A stretch of DNA of 57,495 nucleotides, from NCBI RefSeq assembly GCF_004010195.1, contig NC_057719.1, positions 90,812,897-90,870,391 on the forward strand. Direction: 5' to 3'. The notes below the pieces were generated by a model, which did no database searches, had not been told where the DNA came from, and saw only the letters and a program-made list of their open reading frames with translations. Positions 40,341 to 51,699 of the stretch are shown piece after piece. Every line of letters starts with the position of its first letter. Positions within the stretch are counted from its first letter, which is position 1. The stretch comes from Chiloscyllium plagiosum. Its lineage: Eukaryota. The translations under genes were made by a program, and so were the position numbers.

Positions 40341-41059
40341 CAATTGTTAAATGGTTAAATTGTTCCCCTGTGTTTTAATGTGAGTATATGCCTGCATTGA
40401 GGTTACATTAATTTAATTGCATGTGTTAAGTATTAGGACTCAAAATTTTACACAGAGATTTCAGAGATGACCGGCATTCAGATAATAGTTGCCAGTATAA
40501 GAATCATGCTAACACTGGGTATATTGCATTCTGTTATGATTTGAATGCAAACCTGAGTATTGGTCTTGCAACAAGTTGTATCTATTTCGTGCATTACTGT
40601 AGTAAAACATCCCGAGACATTTCATAAGCTTGTTACGAAACAGAAAATTGATACTAAGCTATGTAAGGAGATAGGATAGATGAGCAAAAGCATAACCAAA
40701 AAGGGTGGTTTTCAGGAATGTTTTAAGGAGGGAAGAAAGATTTGGAGAGATAGTAGAAAGAAGTTTGAATTTGGTGTCTCAGAAACTGAAGGGATTGTCA
40801 TCAGAGGTTAATTGATGGAAACCTGGGGATGCCTTGTGAGCCAGAATTGATGGAACTTGAAATCTTGGAGGTTTTGGAGCAGGAGATGACTACACAGGAG
40901 AAGGATGGGTGGGACCATGGAAGAATCTGAAAGCAAGGGAATTTAACATAGAATTCAAAGCGATCGTTTAGTCATTGTCTTTTCTTCCCAAAGTACTGAA
41001 CACCTCTTGTCAAAATCACAAATGATACAATATGTGACTGTAACATGTAATTATCCCTT

Positions 41060-41970
41060 GTTGTCCTTCTCAATCTCTTTGCAGCTGTTGAATCAGTTGG
41101 TCACACCATCCTCCTCGATTCCCTCTGCACTATTGCCTGGCAAGGTGGAACTGCAGTCACCTGGCCTCATTTTTATCCAGTCCATCATAACCTGAGTATC
41201 ACCAGTTGGAATTTATCTTCCTCCTTCACCATCATTGCCTCCAAGATGCCCACCAAGGATCTGTCCTTAGTCCATGTCCTCTTTGTCACCTCTGTGCTGC
41301 TATCAATAATATCACCTGAAAACACACATGTACTGATGGGATTCAGGTCTCCACACCATGATGTCTCTTAAGGGCCCTTCACAGCCTCTAAATTATTAGA
41401 CTGTTTATCTGACACCCAGTAATGGATTAACTAAAATTTATTTGAACTGAATGTTGAGAAGATCCCTGTCACAAATTCCATTTTCTCGCCATTGACTCCA
41501 TCCCTACTTGCAATTTGTATGAGTGTGGAGCAGACTGTTCACAACCTCGGTGTCATATTTGACCATGAGATGAGCTGCTAATCACATGTTCTCCCCATCA
41601 TCTCTATAACATCACCAGCTTCCTCATTCAGCTTAGCTACCACCAAAACTCTTGTAACCTCTAAGTGTCACTATTCCAGTTTACTCCTGGTTGTTGCCTG
41701 TGTCTTAACTCACTCAAAGACTGTACACCCATCCCTGTGCTTGCTGACACAAAATCCTTTTGTGGTTGTACTCCTGCTTCTCTCTGGAATCTCCTCAAGT
41801 CTCCACTACCCTCTCAGATCTCTGCACTTTTCTAAATCTGGCCTCTTTGAGCATCTCCAAATTAAATATTCCACGATAAGCAAAGGTGTCGAGCTCTCTA
41901 GGGTTCCTTCCCTAAACCCCTCTGCTTCACTCTCCTACTTCAAGGTGCTTTGTAAAATTTACCTATCGAC
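41060..41970 (+). mobile_element. Ancient L2-like LINE fragment
   Basis: Decayed 'LL.L.AA...V.HTILL', 'P.GS.L.P.LF' and 'NLGVIFD', characteristic of L2 RT. Confidence 0.55.
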
Positions 41971-43110
41971 CAGACTTTTGTTACTTTCCATCATGGGATG
42001 TTTTATAGTGTTAAGTTTGTACTGTTTTATTTCTTTTATTGAAATTTCTATTCAATCTTTAGCTCACTTGTGTGTGTAAAGTACTATTGGTAGTTATTGG
42101 ATTTGACATTATTGCTGTTTTCTCAGCTCACTGGTTCAAATTGTGCATTGTTTTCAAGCAGTTATTTATGGGGAACATACAGAATAGACAGTTGAATGGG
42201 CTAAGTTTTCACTCTAATCTCAAGTCAACTCGTCAGTTTGAGAATGGGGGAAGAATCTGCCCCAAATACATAATCGATGAACTGAAATTTTACTTGAATG
42301 TAAAATAATGTGCAGAGGTTGCTAAATTTTATGGTAGTTTATGCAGATGTGTATTTCCTATAGGGTCAGTATCTCGATTTAACATCTTGAATTGGAGCAA
42401 ACTAACTGCATGGAACTGCAGCTTTATAAGGTCCTTCTCACAGCAAGGTTCTCCTCCAAGCGACACACCATCCAGATTTGGAACTGTATGCTGTTTGTTC
42501 ACTGCCACCATATCAAAATCCTTGAACACCCTCTCTAATGGCAATTTGGGGGACTTTGGAATAGCTTGCCCAATGGCAACCATGAAACTATCGTTAATGA
42601 TCACAAAAACCCATATTGTTCACTAGTGTCCTTTAGAGAAGGAAACCTGCCATCCTTCCCTGGTCTGGCCTACATGTGAATCCAGATCTACAGCAATATA
42701 GTTTATTATTAACTGTCCTCTTGGCAATTAGGAATAGAACTACATCTTGTGAATGGCTAAATATACAAAAGAAAATTCTGAATGTAGTAAGTGTAATCAC
42801 TACTTAAAAGTACCCTGGTTTGTGGTGCAATTGATTCTCATATAAGAGAGGGCCGTCTCCAAGGAGAATTGCCCAGGGGATACTTCTTTTCTGTTGCATA
42901 TCCTGAACTGCCATTGGAATTATCTTTGATAGGATTAGAGGGCTCAAGCTTTAAATGTAATTAGTGGGACATGTTGCTATTCAGACTGGGTGTAGACCAA
43001 ATGACTTTCTGGTTTAGTTAGAAATATACACTTGTATATCTACGGAGAACAGATTATCACCAGGACCAGTCGGGGTCATGTAACAAAACTGGTGTGTTGC
43101 ATTTTTACAG

Positions 43111-43161
43111 CTTTGAACACGATAAGGAGAAGGATGAAGAAATGGAGCTAAGTGAAACCAG
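43111..43161 (+). CDS. STARD9: Probable STARD9 small acidic exon (FEHDKEKDEEMELSET)
   Basis: tttttacag| and CAG|gtgaga; 51 nt, phase 2-2, open and compatible with the flanking exons. Homology is weak. Confidence 0.7.
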
Positions 43162-43709
43162 GTGAGAAACCACTCCAAACAAATGGAAATAAACGCACAC
43201 AGTGCTGCAGTAACTCAGCAAGTCCGACAGCATCTGTGGAGAGAAAACAGCGTTAACATTTCCAAGACCTGTATGGCACTTCTTCAGAACAATTGATCTT
43301 CATTTATCAAGGTCCAGGAAAAGTTTAAGCTGAAACTGAAAATAATTGTATTACACAGGCTGTGCTAACAGTAGGAGAATTCCAGAACTGAGGAGCAAGC
43401 AGGGCATAGGTAATATTGGGAAAGGTTTTACAGAGTGGGGACATGGTGATACATATCTATCTCTCAATATTGAGTCTCTTGATGAGGTGCTGAGTGCCTT
43501 TGATTGAGGGACCCCAAACTGGTGGGCACATTGCATATTGACAGGCACGCCTGCAGCAGGGCTGAAAGTGGCAGCTCAGGGATGAGGGCCTCATGTGGTC
43601 ACTCATTGGTTACTCTGGGCCTCAATTGATGCCGTGGGCCATTCCGGTCCTGTCTTAACTGTGGCAGGGTTTATATATGCCACCATCCCATCTAATCAAA
43701 TACAATTGT

Positions 43710-44103
43710 AGAATCCCTACAGTGCAGTTAGAGGCCATTCAGCCCATCGGGTCTGCATGATCCATTGAAGAGCCCTCCCACCCAGACCCCCTTCTGGGAC
43801 TCGGGTTCAATTCCAACCTTTGGGCGACTATTTGTGTGGAGTTTTTACATTCTCCCCGTGTCTGCGTGGATTTCCTCCGGGTGCTCCGGTTTCCTCCCAC
43901 AATCCAAAGTGTGCAGGTTAACTAGTTTGGCCATGCTAAATTGTCCATTATATCGAGTGATGTGCAGGCTAGGTGGATTAGCCAGGGGAAATACAGGGTT
44001 ACAGGGGTAGGCGAGTGGGTCTGGGTGGGATGCAGTTCAGAGGTTTGGTGTGGACTCGATAGGCTAAATGTCCTGTTCCACATCATAAGGATTCTATGAT
44101 TCT
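43710..44103 (+). mobile_element. HE1-like SINE with an inverted tail piece at its 5' side
   Basis: B box GGTTCAATTCC and SINE core at 43800-44100; reverse-oriented tail at 43710-43790. Confidence 0.7.
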
Positions 44104-44440
44104 ACCTGTCTCCAGTAAGGCACTCAGACCTTTGCCCAGTGAGGTGTGGTGTCAATGATGTACCCCTTGGCTGGGATTAGCTAGTTAGCTGGCAGAGATT
44201 GCACATGGGCAGTGTGCCACTTCCAAGCAAATAACATGCTCCCATCCAGTCCCAATATCAGGATGTTCACTGATCCAACAAGATTCTTCCCAGTGGAACT
44301 CAGACAGTCAACCAGTGAGAGGTCATAGTGCTGTGTAGGCATGATAGGCTAAATTGCCACTCTCTGTACGTAGAACATAGAACAGTACAGCACAGTACAG
44401 GCCCTTCGGCCCTCAATGTTGTGTCGACCTTTTATCCTAT

Positions 44441-44680
44441 TGTGGTTCTGTTCGCCGAGCTGGGAATTTGTATTGCAGACGTTTCGTCCCCTGTCTAGGG
44501 GACATCCTCAGTGCTTGGGAGCCTCCTGTGAAGCCCTTCTGTGATGTTTCCTCCGGCATTTATAGTGATTTGTATCTGCCGCTTCCGGTTGTCAGTTCCA
44601 GCTGTCCGCTGCAGTGGCCGGTATATTGGGCCCAGGTCGATGTGCTTATTGATTGAATCAGTGGATGAGTGCCATGCCTT
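44441..44680 (-). mobile_element. Penelope-like 3' fragment
   Basis: Reverse complement of ~50445-50678; carries a hammerhead motif. Confidence 0.85.
44475..44514 (-). ncRNA. Minimal type-I hammerhead ribozyme motif (Penelope-associated)
   Basis: GCA-CUGAGGA-U-GUCCCCU-AGAC-AGGGGAC-GAAAC-GUC-UGC: intact core, 7-bp helix II, 3-bp helix I, palindromic ACGU in place of helix III. Confidence 0.75.
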
Positions 44681-45272
44681 GAGTACTATGCCTAGGGTTA
44701 CCTCCTTAGCAAATGGGAAATATGGTGTGGCTTTGGTGCTGTCACTTCATAACAAAAAGGTGAAAGTTATTTTGAGAGTTGGATCCTGTGGAAGCTTTAT
44801 GGATAACAATTACAGTAAAGATGATCCAGTAAATGTATACAATGCATGGTCAAATGTAAGTTCAGATACTTGGATGATTGTTGCATCAAAGAATATACAA
44901 TGGCGTTTAACAAACTACATAAACTACAGAAAGGCTGCAATTATTGTCACCACTGCTCGAGAGAGCAATGAAGGTGCATGCAGAGGAATATAGAGTTGTA
45001 ATATTTTGTCACCACCCAGCAATGGAACAGCTATAGCATGTCACAGCATGGCACAGCACTGTGACTGTACACAATGGACAGAATGAAAGCATCACACATT
45101 TCCGAGGGACTTTGGCTAATCAAGGCTTTCCTTCTCTCCCTCCACTTGAGCCTCAGCTCTCCAAAGAGGGGAAACATCTTCTCAGTGTTTATGTTGTCAA
45201 ACCCTTTAAGAATCCTATATGTTTCAATGAGAGAACTTCTCATTCTCCTAAACTCCAGTGAATATTAGCCTT

Positions 45273-45661
45273 TGATTAGATTCCCTACAGCATGGAAACA
45301 GGCCCTTCGGCCCTACCAGTCCACACCGACCCTCTGAAGAACCCTTTAAGAATCCTATATGTTTCAATGAGAGAACTTCTCATTCTCCTAAACTCCAGTG
45401 AATATTAGCCTTTGATTAGATTCCCTGCAGGATGGAAACAGGGCTTCGGCCCTACCACACCGACCCTCTGAAGAGTAACCCTCCCAGACCCATTTCCCTC
45501 TGACTAATGCACCTAACACTATGGGCAATTTAGCATGGTCACTTCATCTGACCTGTACCTCGTTGGGATTGTGAGAGGAAACCAGAGCACCCAGAAGAAA
45601 CCCCCTCAGACACTGGGGGAATGTGCAAACTCCAAGCCTAAGCCTGGAATCGAACCTGGGG
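45273..45661 (-). mobile_element. HE1-like SINE (tail partly duplicated), truncated by a Penelope hairpin
   Basis: gattagattccctacag tail, SINE core and B box (GAATCGAACC on +). Confidence 0.75.
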
Positions 45662-45886
45662 ACAATCAGAGTGTAGTACTGGAAAAGCACAGCAGGTCTT
45701 GCAGCATCCGAGGAGCAGGAGAATTGATGTTTTGGGTAAAAGCCATTCATCAGCCCTTTCCTGATGAAGAGCTTTTGCCGGAAACGTCGATTTTCCTGCT
45801 CCTCAGATGCTGCCTGACCTGCTGTGCTGTTCCAGCATCACTCTAATCTAAACTCTGGTTTCCAGCATCCACAGTCCTCACTTTTG
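45662..45886. mobile_element. Hairpin-shaped Penelope tail insertion
   Basis: Inverted arms ~45667-45753 and ~45761-45844; CCTGGG on both sides. Confidence 0.75.
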
Positions 45887-46904
45887 CCTGGGTGCTTTCC
45901 CAGCACTACACTCTCGACTTTAATCTCCAGCAGTCCTCATTTTCGCCTCAGAAGACAATCACTCTATACCAGGTATTACTTTAGTGAACTTTCTCTGATT
46001 TGCCCTCCCATTACAAAAAGGGGACCAACTGCTCACAGTTGTGGTCTCACCAGCATCTTGTACAGTTACAGTAAGATTTCCCTACTGTTACACTCCAACC
46101 CTTGAAATAAGGGCCAACATTCCATTAGCCTTCCTGATTACCTGCTATACTTGTGTGCTAGCCTTCTCTCTTTTGTGCTTAAGTACCCCAGGTCCCTTTC
46201 TGCTACAGATTTCTACAATTTTTCTTCATTAAATGATACTTTTATTTCATTCTCCCTTCCATAATGAACAACTTCGCATTAACCCACTAATCTTACTGGC
46301 CAAAAGCATCCTCTTGATCAGATCAACAGGAAGTACTAGGCTATCTAAGGCTTCAATCCAAAATCCCCACCCAGTAGTATGGTTTAAATTTATTAGACAA
46401 ACCCAGGGACAGCATAATAGTGTCATGTCACCAGATCAATCTAGCTAGCAGAGAGCTAATTATACTCAAAGGTGACAAAGTAAATGATTTTTCAAAATGT
46501 GTCAAAGAAATTCACCTGAGGATCATAACACCATCAAATAAAATAAAAGAGGAACTGAACAAAATACTCTCATTGCCCCACCTCTCTGTATGACTCTCAC
46601 TCTTCGATTTGGTTGTAGAATATCTGATAATTTGTAAAAGTTTGATATCTGACCACTGTGACTTCTCGCTGTATTAATTTATTCCTCAGTTGTGTCTCAT
46701 TTCTTTTCCTCTTCAGGAATTCAATGACACATACTCAGGTTCACATATCTCAAGTGAGTGGCTTTAATATGAGGAGCTTATAGCTCAAATGTGAATGTCA
46801 TCTCATTCAATAGACTCAGATCAAAATGTACACCCAGGAGTAACCACCAGATTGCAGTCAGTGCCCCCTGTTCATATGTGTCAGCCCTGATGTGTGGATT
46901 GTGT

Positions 46905-47100
46905 ATGTAGGTTTGCTCACTGAGCTGGAAGGTTCATTTCCAGAAGTTTTGTCACCATACTAGGTAACATCTTCAGTGGGCCTCCGGGTGAAGCACTGCT
47001 GATGATTCCTGCTTTCTCTTTATATTTCTGTTTGGATTTCTTTGGGTTGGTGATGTCATTTCCTGTTTTCTCAGGGGGCTGGTAGATGGGGTCTAACTCG
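46905..47100 (-). mobile_element. Penelope-like 3' fragment with a degenerate hammerhead
   Basis: Minus ORF 'IELDPIYQP' parallels 'IDLDPIYRP' at ~50480; CCA-CTGAAGA...AAAAC-TTC-TGG at 46940-46979. Confidence 0.7.
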
Positions 47101-47134
47101 ATTGGGATTGTGCATTCGCATGTGTCCACTGATC

Positions 47135-47625
47135 ATGGGTTCAAGTCCTGATGCAGAAATTGAATGCTGAAGCTGACTGCAGTACTAACGACAGATCAGA
47201 AGATTGCTTTAGAGAGATGACTGGTGGTGGTTTAGCCTGAGGGTCAGGCGAGTGGAGAGTTTGAGAAGGAGAATACTTCATAATAAGCTCCTGCAGTGCA
47301 GGAATTGAACCCACAGTGTTGCATGGCTAATCAGGCCCTCTTTTTTTTTAGATGAGATGTTATGTGAAGGTCCTATCTGCCCTCTTGGGTGCATGTTAGG
47401 AGATACCATAGCCATTTTTCAAAGCAGTTAAGGGACCTCTCCATGGGATAACTATCTAACACCAGCAAAATTGATTTTGCAGCCATTAACTTAATCACTA
47501 TTCTTTGTACAACTTGTTTGCCATGTTTCATAAATTGCAGCAGTAACTACACTTCACAAAAGTATTTAATTGGCTGTAACGTACTTTGGGACATTCTTAA
47601 GTGTGAAAGGAGTCATTTAAAATAC
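47135..47625 (+). mobile_element. DeuSINE (SacSINE1/AmnSINE1-like), decayed and interrupted
   Basis: B box GGTTCAAGTCC, Deu-domain-like 'gatgagatgtta...tctgccctcttgggtg' and tail 'actacacttca..aagta.ttaattggctgtaa..ctttgggac'. Confidence 0.6.
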
Positions 47626-50120
47626 AAAAGGTTGTGAACCTCTGCAGCTCTCTGCCATGGAGAGCTGTGAAAGCTCAGTCTTTTGATAATGTTTTAGGTA
47701 GAGATTTCTGTATTTCTAGTTACCAGTGATGTACAGGTTATGAGGATGGGGTGGGTGAAAGACATTGAAGCATTTGATCAGTCTTGATCATATTAAATGG
47801 CAGGAAAGGCTCAACGGGCTGAATGACCTACTCCTGTTCCTGTGTTGCTAACTTTGTATATAGCAGTCAAGAGTGTGAAGGTAAGAGAAAAAGTTACTTG
47901 CCAAGACCAAGGGTTGCTGAAAGCCGATCCTAGATATCCTGTCCAGAGATGTTCTTTCATACCTCAGGAGCAGGTGGGACTTGAACCCAGGTCTCCTAGA
48001 TCAGAGGTAGGGACATTATCACTTTACCACAAGAGCCTTTGCAGTACTGATCACATTGCCTCAGTTATCAGTTAATGTGGCTAAGTCTTTGGCTCAAACT
48101 TGAGCCCACTTTGATCTGTGTTGCTCAGTATGTCACAGTGTTGTACGCCAATAACTTGAGACGTGGGGAGCTTAATGATTTTTCTAGTGGCAAACTAAAG
48201 TAGTCCTAGGATTAATATGTTATCCAATTTGTCGTCACACTGGGGTATTATGGGAAGATCATGTGGTAGTTTGGAAGTTATGATAGGAAACTAGAGTAGC
48301 TCAGTGAGCAGCTCTCCTGTGACTGAGCCAGCAGGCCGCACATTCACAATACACTCCAGGATTTGTTGGCCATGAAAGAAGCTACTCAAAGGTGCAGGCA
48401 AGGCAATGTGTGCTGGTGTCAGTCCCCAGCCTGTGTACAGGAGGAGGGTTAGAGACACCCAACTATAAAAACCACCTTCTAATCCAACAATGCTGATTGC
48501 TCTGTAGCAATGATTGACCAACATTGTGGCAACTTCATGTGTGAGAGAGAGAGAGAGAGAGAGATTGGCTAATGCATTGGTGATGGATTTTCCAGATAGC
48601 CACAAAAAAGCTATGTATTGTAGCAGGAAATGATGACACTGCATTTCACAGGAGCTCTGACTCCTAGGGAATTCATGTTTTCCAGTCCCTATGTGTAGCA
48701 TTTTAAGTGTTTATGCAGTGCTACCGTTGAGGTAGTTTGTAGAATATAAACAGTGAGCTTCACTAGCCAAATTGTGTCCACTTAATGAGGCAGCAATCTA
48801 GATTTTAGCTTTGAGCCATAATCTAGGTTTGGGATGGAACATAATGTGAAGGACCCACTTCTGTTATAGTTTTTCAACAGAAGTTCAACATCTAGTAATA
48901 AAGTGCAGAGGGCAGTCCCAGCCAATAATCCATCCTCAACCAGTATTACCAGAAAACACAATCACTGTCTTCTGTGTCGTTGTAGACTCGCTGTGACTCC
49001 TCTCATGCTAGCTCTGGGATGCTGGCTACCTTTTGATGCACATGGAAAAAGTAACTTCTTGTGCACCGAGCTCTCAACATACGGCATCTATATAACAGAA
49101 ATTGATAAAACACTTTTAGATACAGGAATCCAAGAGATAAAGCAACAAAGACAAACAATTTGTGGAGAACAGAACCTGGTCATTGTTTCAGATCTTTAAA
49201 CCATGGGGAACCATCTTCAAAATTGAAGCAATCACTGACTTCTTTTCTACTGTTTGTATTTCTGTGTTATCAGATTTTTATTTAACAATAGAATACTTTG
49301 AGGTTTTGTTTGTGTTTCAGTGATATAATGAATGAATGGGAGTCTTGTACAGTAATTGTTATATCAAATAATATACTTGGTATGTTAAAAGCAGCTAGTT
49401 TAGTTCTAATTTCTGATATTTAATTTATCATTTACCAGTCATAGATGCTAATGTATTTTTGGCATGCAAGGCTTTTGGTTATGAACTTGCTTTCAATGGA
49501 GGTTAATTGAGAGGACATCCATTCAAATCAGTTGTTGCTGTAGTTACTGTAGCTTGTTGGCACAGCATGTTGGACACCAGCTCACTGTGCAAGCAAGTTT
49601 ACATTCAAAATAGTAGTCTTAAAGCTCTATTAAGACTTAAACGTTGGGGTTGTTCAGAATATCCGTTGAACATTGGCAAAAAGATATTTTTGGACCTACA
49701 CCATTCATTCTGTGAGGACAGTCTATTAACTGGGAAGTTATTGTAAGATTAGCAACGGCAAATACACATTGGAGTGTGTGTTTGTGATTGTACGTTTACT
49801 GTTTACATTTAATATTTAATATGTTAAAAAGGTACATGCTCTGCATTAAACTTTCAGCTGTAACTGTGTAAAGGAATTGATACTACATTATACAACATCA
49901 AGAAGATATAATTTCAACATTTTATAAACAAGATATGCGTGGAGCTGTTCGACCTTATGATTTTGAGATTTTGTGTCTTTTGGTTTTAACATCAGACTTG
50001 TTCTTTAATGACTCATCAAGCTTGTTTATTGGGGTTTATTCCTGTTATTAGCTAAATTCTACCTTGTAAGTCTTTAACCTGTGAGGCTATATCAACAACT
50101 GCAATATTACCAACATCAGA

Positions 50121-50680
50121 GTTGTGTGTGTTGGGGTGGTTGATTTCATTGCATCAAGACACTGTTCAAAAGGGCCACAACACACTGCAGTACACCAGAA
50201 CTGCAAAAAGAGGAAGAAGAACACCTCTACAATGTATTTACCAAAAATGGATACCCCCGCAATTTCATCAACAGATGCCTAAGGGAAAGACAATGGAATG
50301 AGGACATGACACAACCCAAAGGACTAGCCACTTTACCATACATCAAGAACATTTCTGAACTGACAACCAGACTACTAGGACTCATAACAGCACACAAACC
50401 AACAGCCACTCTCAGACAACAACTCACCAGGAGGGAATTCCTAGAGGCATGGCACTCATCCACTGATTCAATCCACAAGCACATCGACCTGGACCCAATA
50501 TACCGACCACTGCAACGGACAGCTGACAACCGGAAGCGGCAGATTCAAACCACTACAAATGCTGGAGGAAAGATCACAGAAGCGCTTCACGGGAAACTCC
50601 CAAGCACTGAGGATGTCACCTAGACAGGGGACGAAACGTCTGCAACGCAAACTCCCAGCTCGGCGAATACAACCACAACA
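50121..50680 (+). mobile_element. Penelope-like element, 5'-truncated and internally deleted, with a 15-bp target-site duplication
   Basis: 'CIKTLFKRA...NGYP', 'LPYI', 'REFLEAWHS'; ATTACCAACATCAGA at 50106-50120 and 50681-50695. Confidence 0.88.
50604..50643 (+). ncRNA. Minimal type-I hammerhead ribozyme motif, sense to STARD9 pre-mRNA
   Basis: GCA-CUGAGGA-U-GUCACCU-AGAC-AGGGGAC-GAAAC-GUC-UGC (one mismatch in helix II). Confidence 0.72.
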
Positions 50681-51699
50681 ATTACCAACATCAGATATCC
50701 TGCAAACTACACCATTGTACCAGCACCAAAAATATCATGTTTAAGTTTGTTATTGAACTCCGAGCTAATGTACCAAGTTGGTGTGCTTATGGCTTTGAAC
50801 TTTGTAGAAAGTGTAATATTTGCTGTTAACTTGAATACAGTGCACTGCCATAGTTGGTCTGTTTAAAGCATCTTGCAGAATCACTGAGTGGTTGGTGCCT
50901 TTGTGTCAGTCCCTGTGCAACCAAGCAGGTTTTCTTTGTGGACTGCAAGCTTCTTTGTTGCTAGGTAACTTAACGGCTGGAGTGTGAAAAATCAGAAGTT
51001 TAGCGATCGATCGGTGATGAAAGAACCGATTGGTGAGGGGAAAGAACTTTGTATTTACAATTCAAGTTTGGCGAGCAGATTAAAACAAGTTCAGACAGCT
51101 GCTGTCAAGTTGCTTGATCATGTTTTTTAAAATATTGAATTTATAAATCAACTGGTGACTTTAAGGAACTTGAAAATCTGGTGGTAAGAGGATTTCCTTT
51201 TGTTGCATGTAAACTTTCACGAGTTGGTGACCCCAAAGTCTGTGGCTTCCTGACTAGGTTTTACTTGCTTTCCCATTTGGCTGCACTTGAATTGTACCAG
51301 CTTGTACAGTGTGAGAATAAAATTAACTTTCACAGCCAGCAAATAATTGCCTGCTTATTTTTTTCCCTTAAGAGGCACCTACTTGATCCTCTACAGTCCA
51401 TGTAGCAAAGGTGCTTCCAGAAATAAGTTAACTCAAGAAGTCCAGCATTTTAACCCAGAGACCGTAAAGGTACGACGTTAGGATTGTCCAAGTTAGGATT
51501 ATGTGTGTCTGATGCCGCTGTCCTTTTAGTTTGTAGAAATTATGGATTTGAGATGTGCCATCCAGGAATATTATATTTTGAACTTAATCCACCTCTGCAA
51601 TGTGAACAGTGCTATTGTTTGCTACTGCAGAAAAGAAATGTTCAGTGAACTTTGAGTTCACACATGCATAAAATGTAACTCGCTGATGTTTATCCTCAG

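Noticed and set aside
47960..48037. tRNA gene on the minus strand
   Set aside because: It has A/B-box-like motifs but a degraded cloverleaf, consistent with a SINE head. The same applies to 14540-14610, 19775 and 20422.
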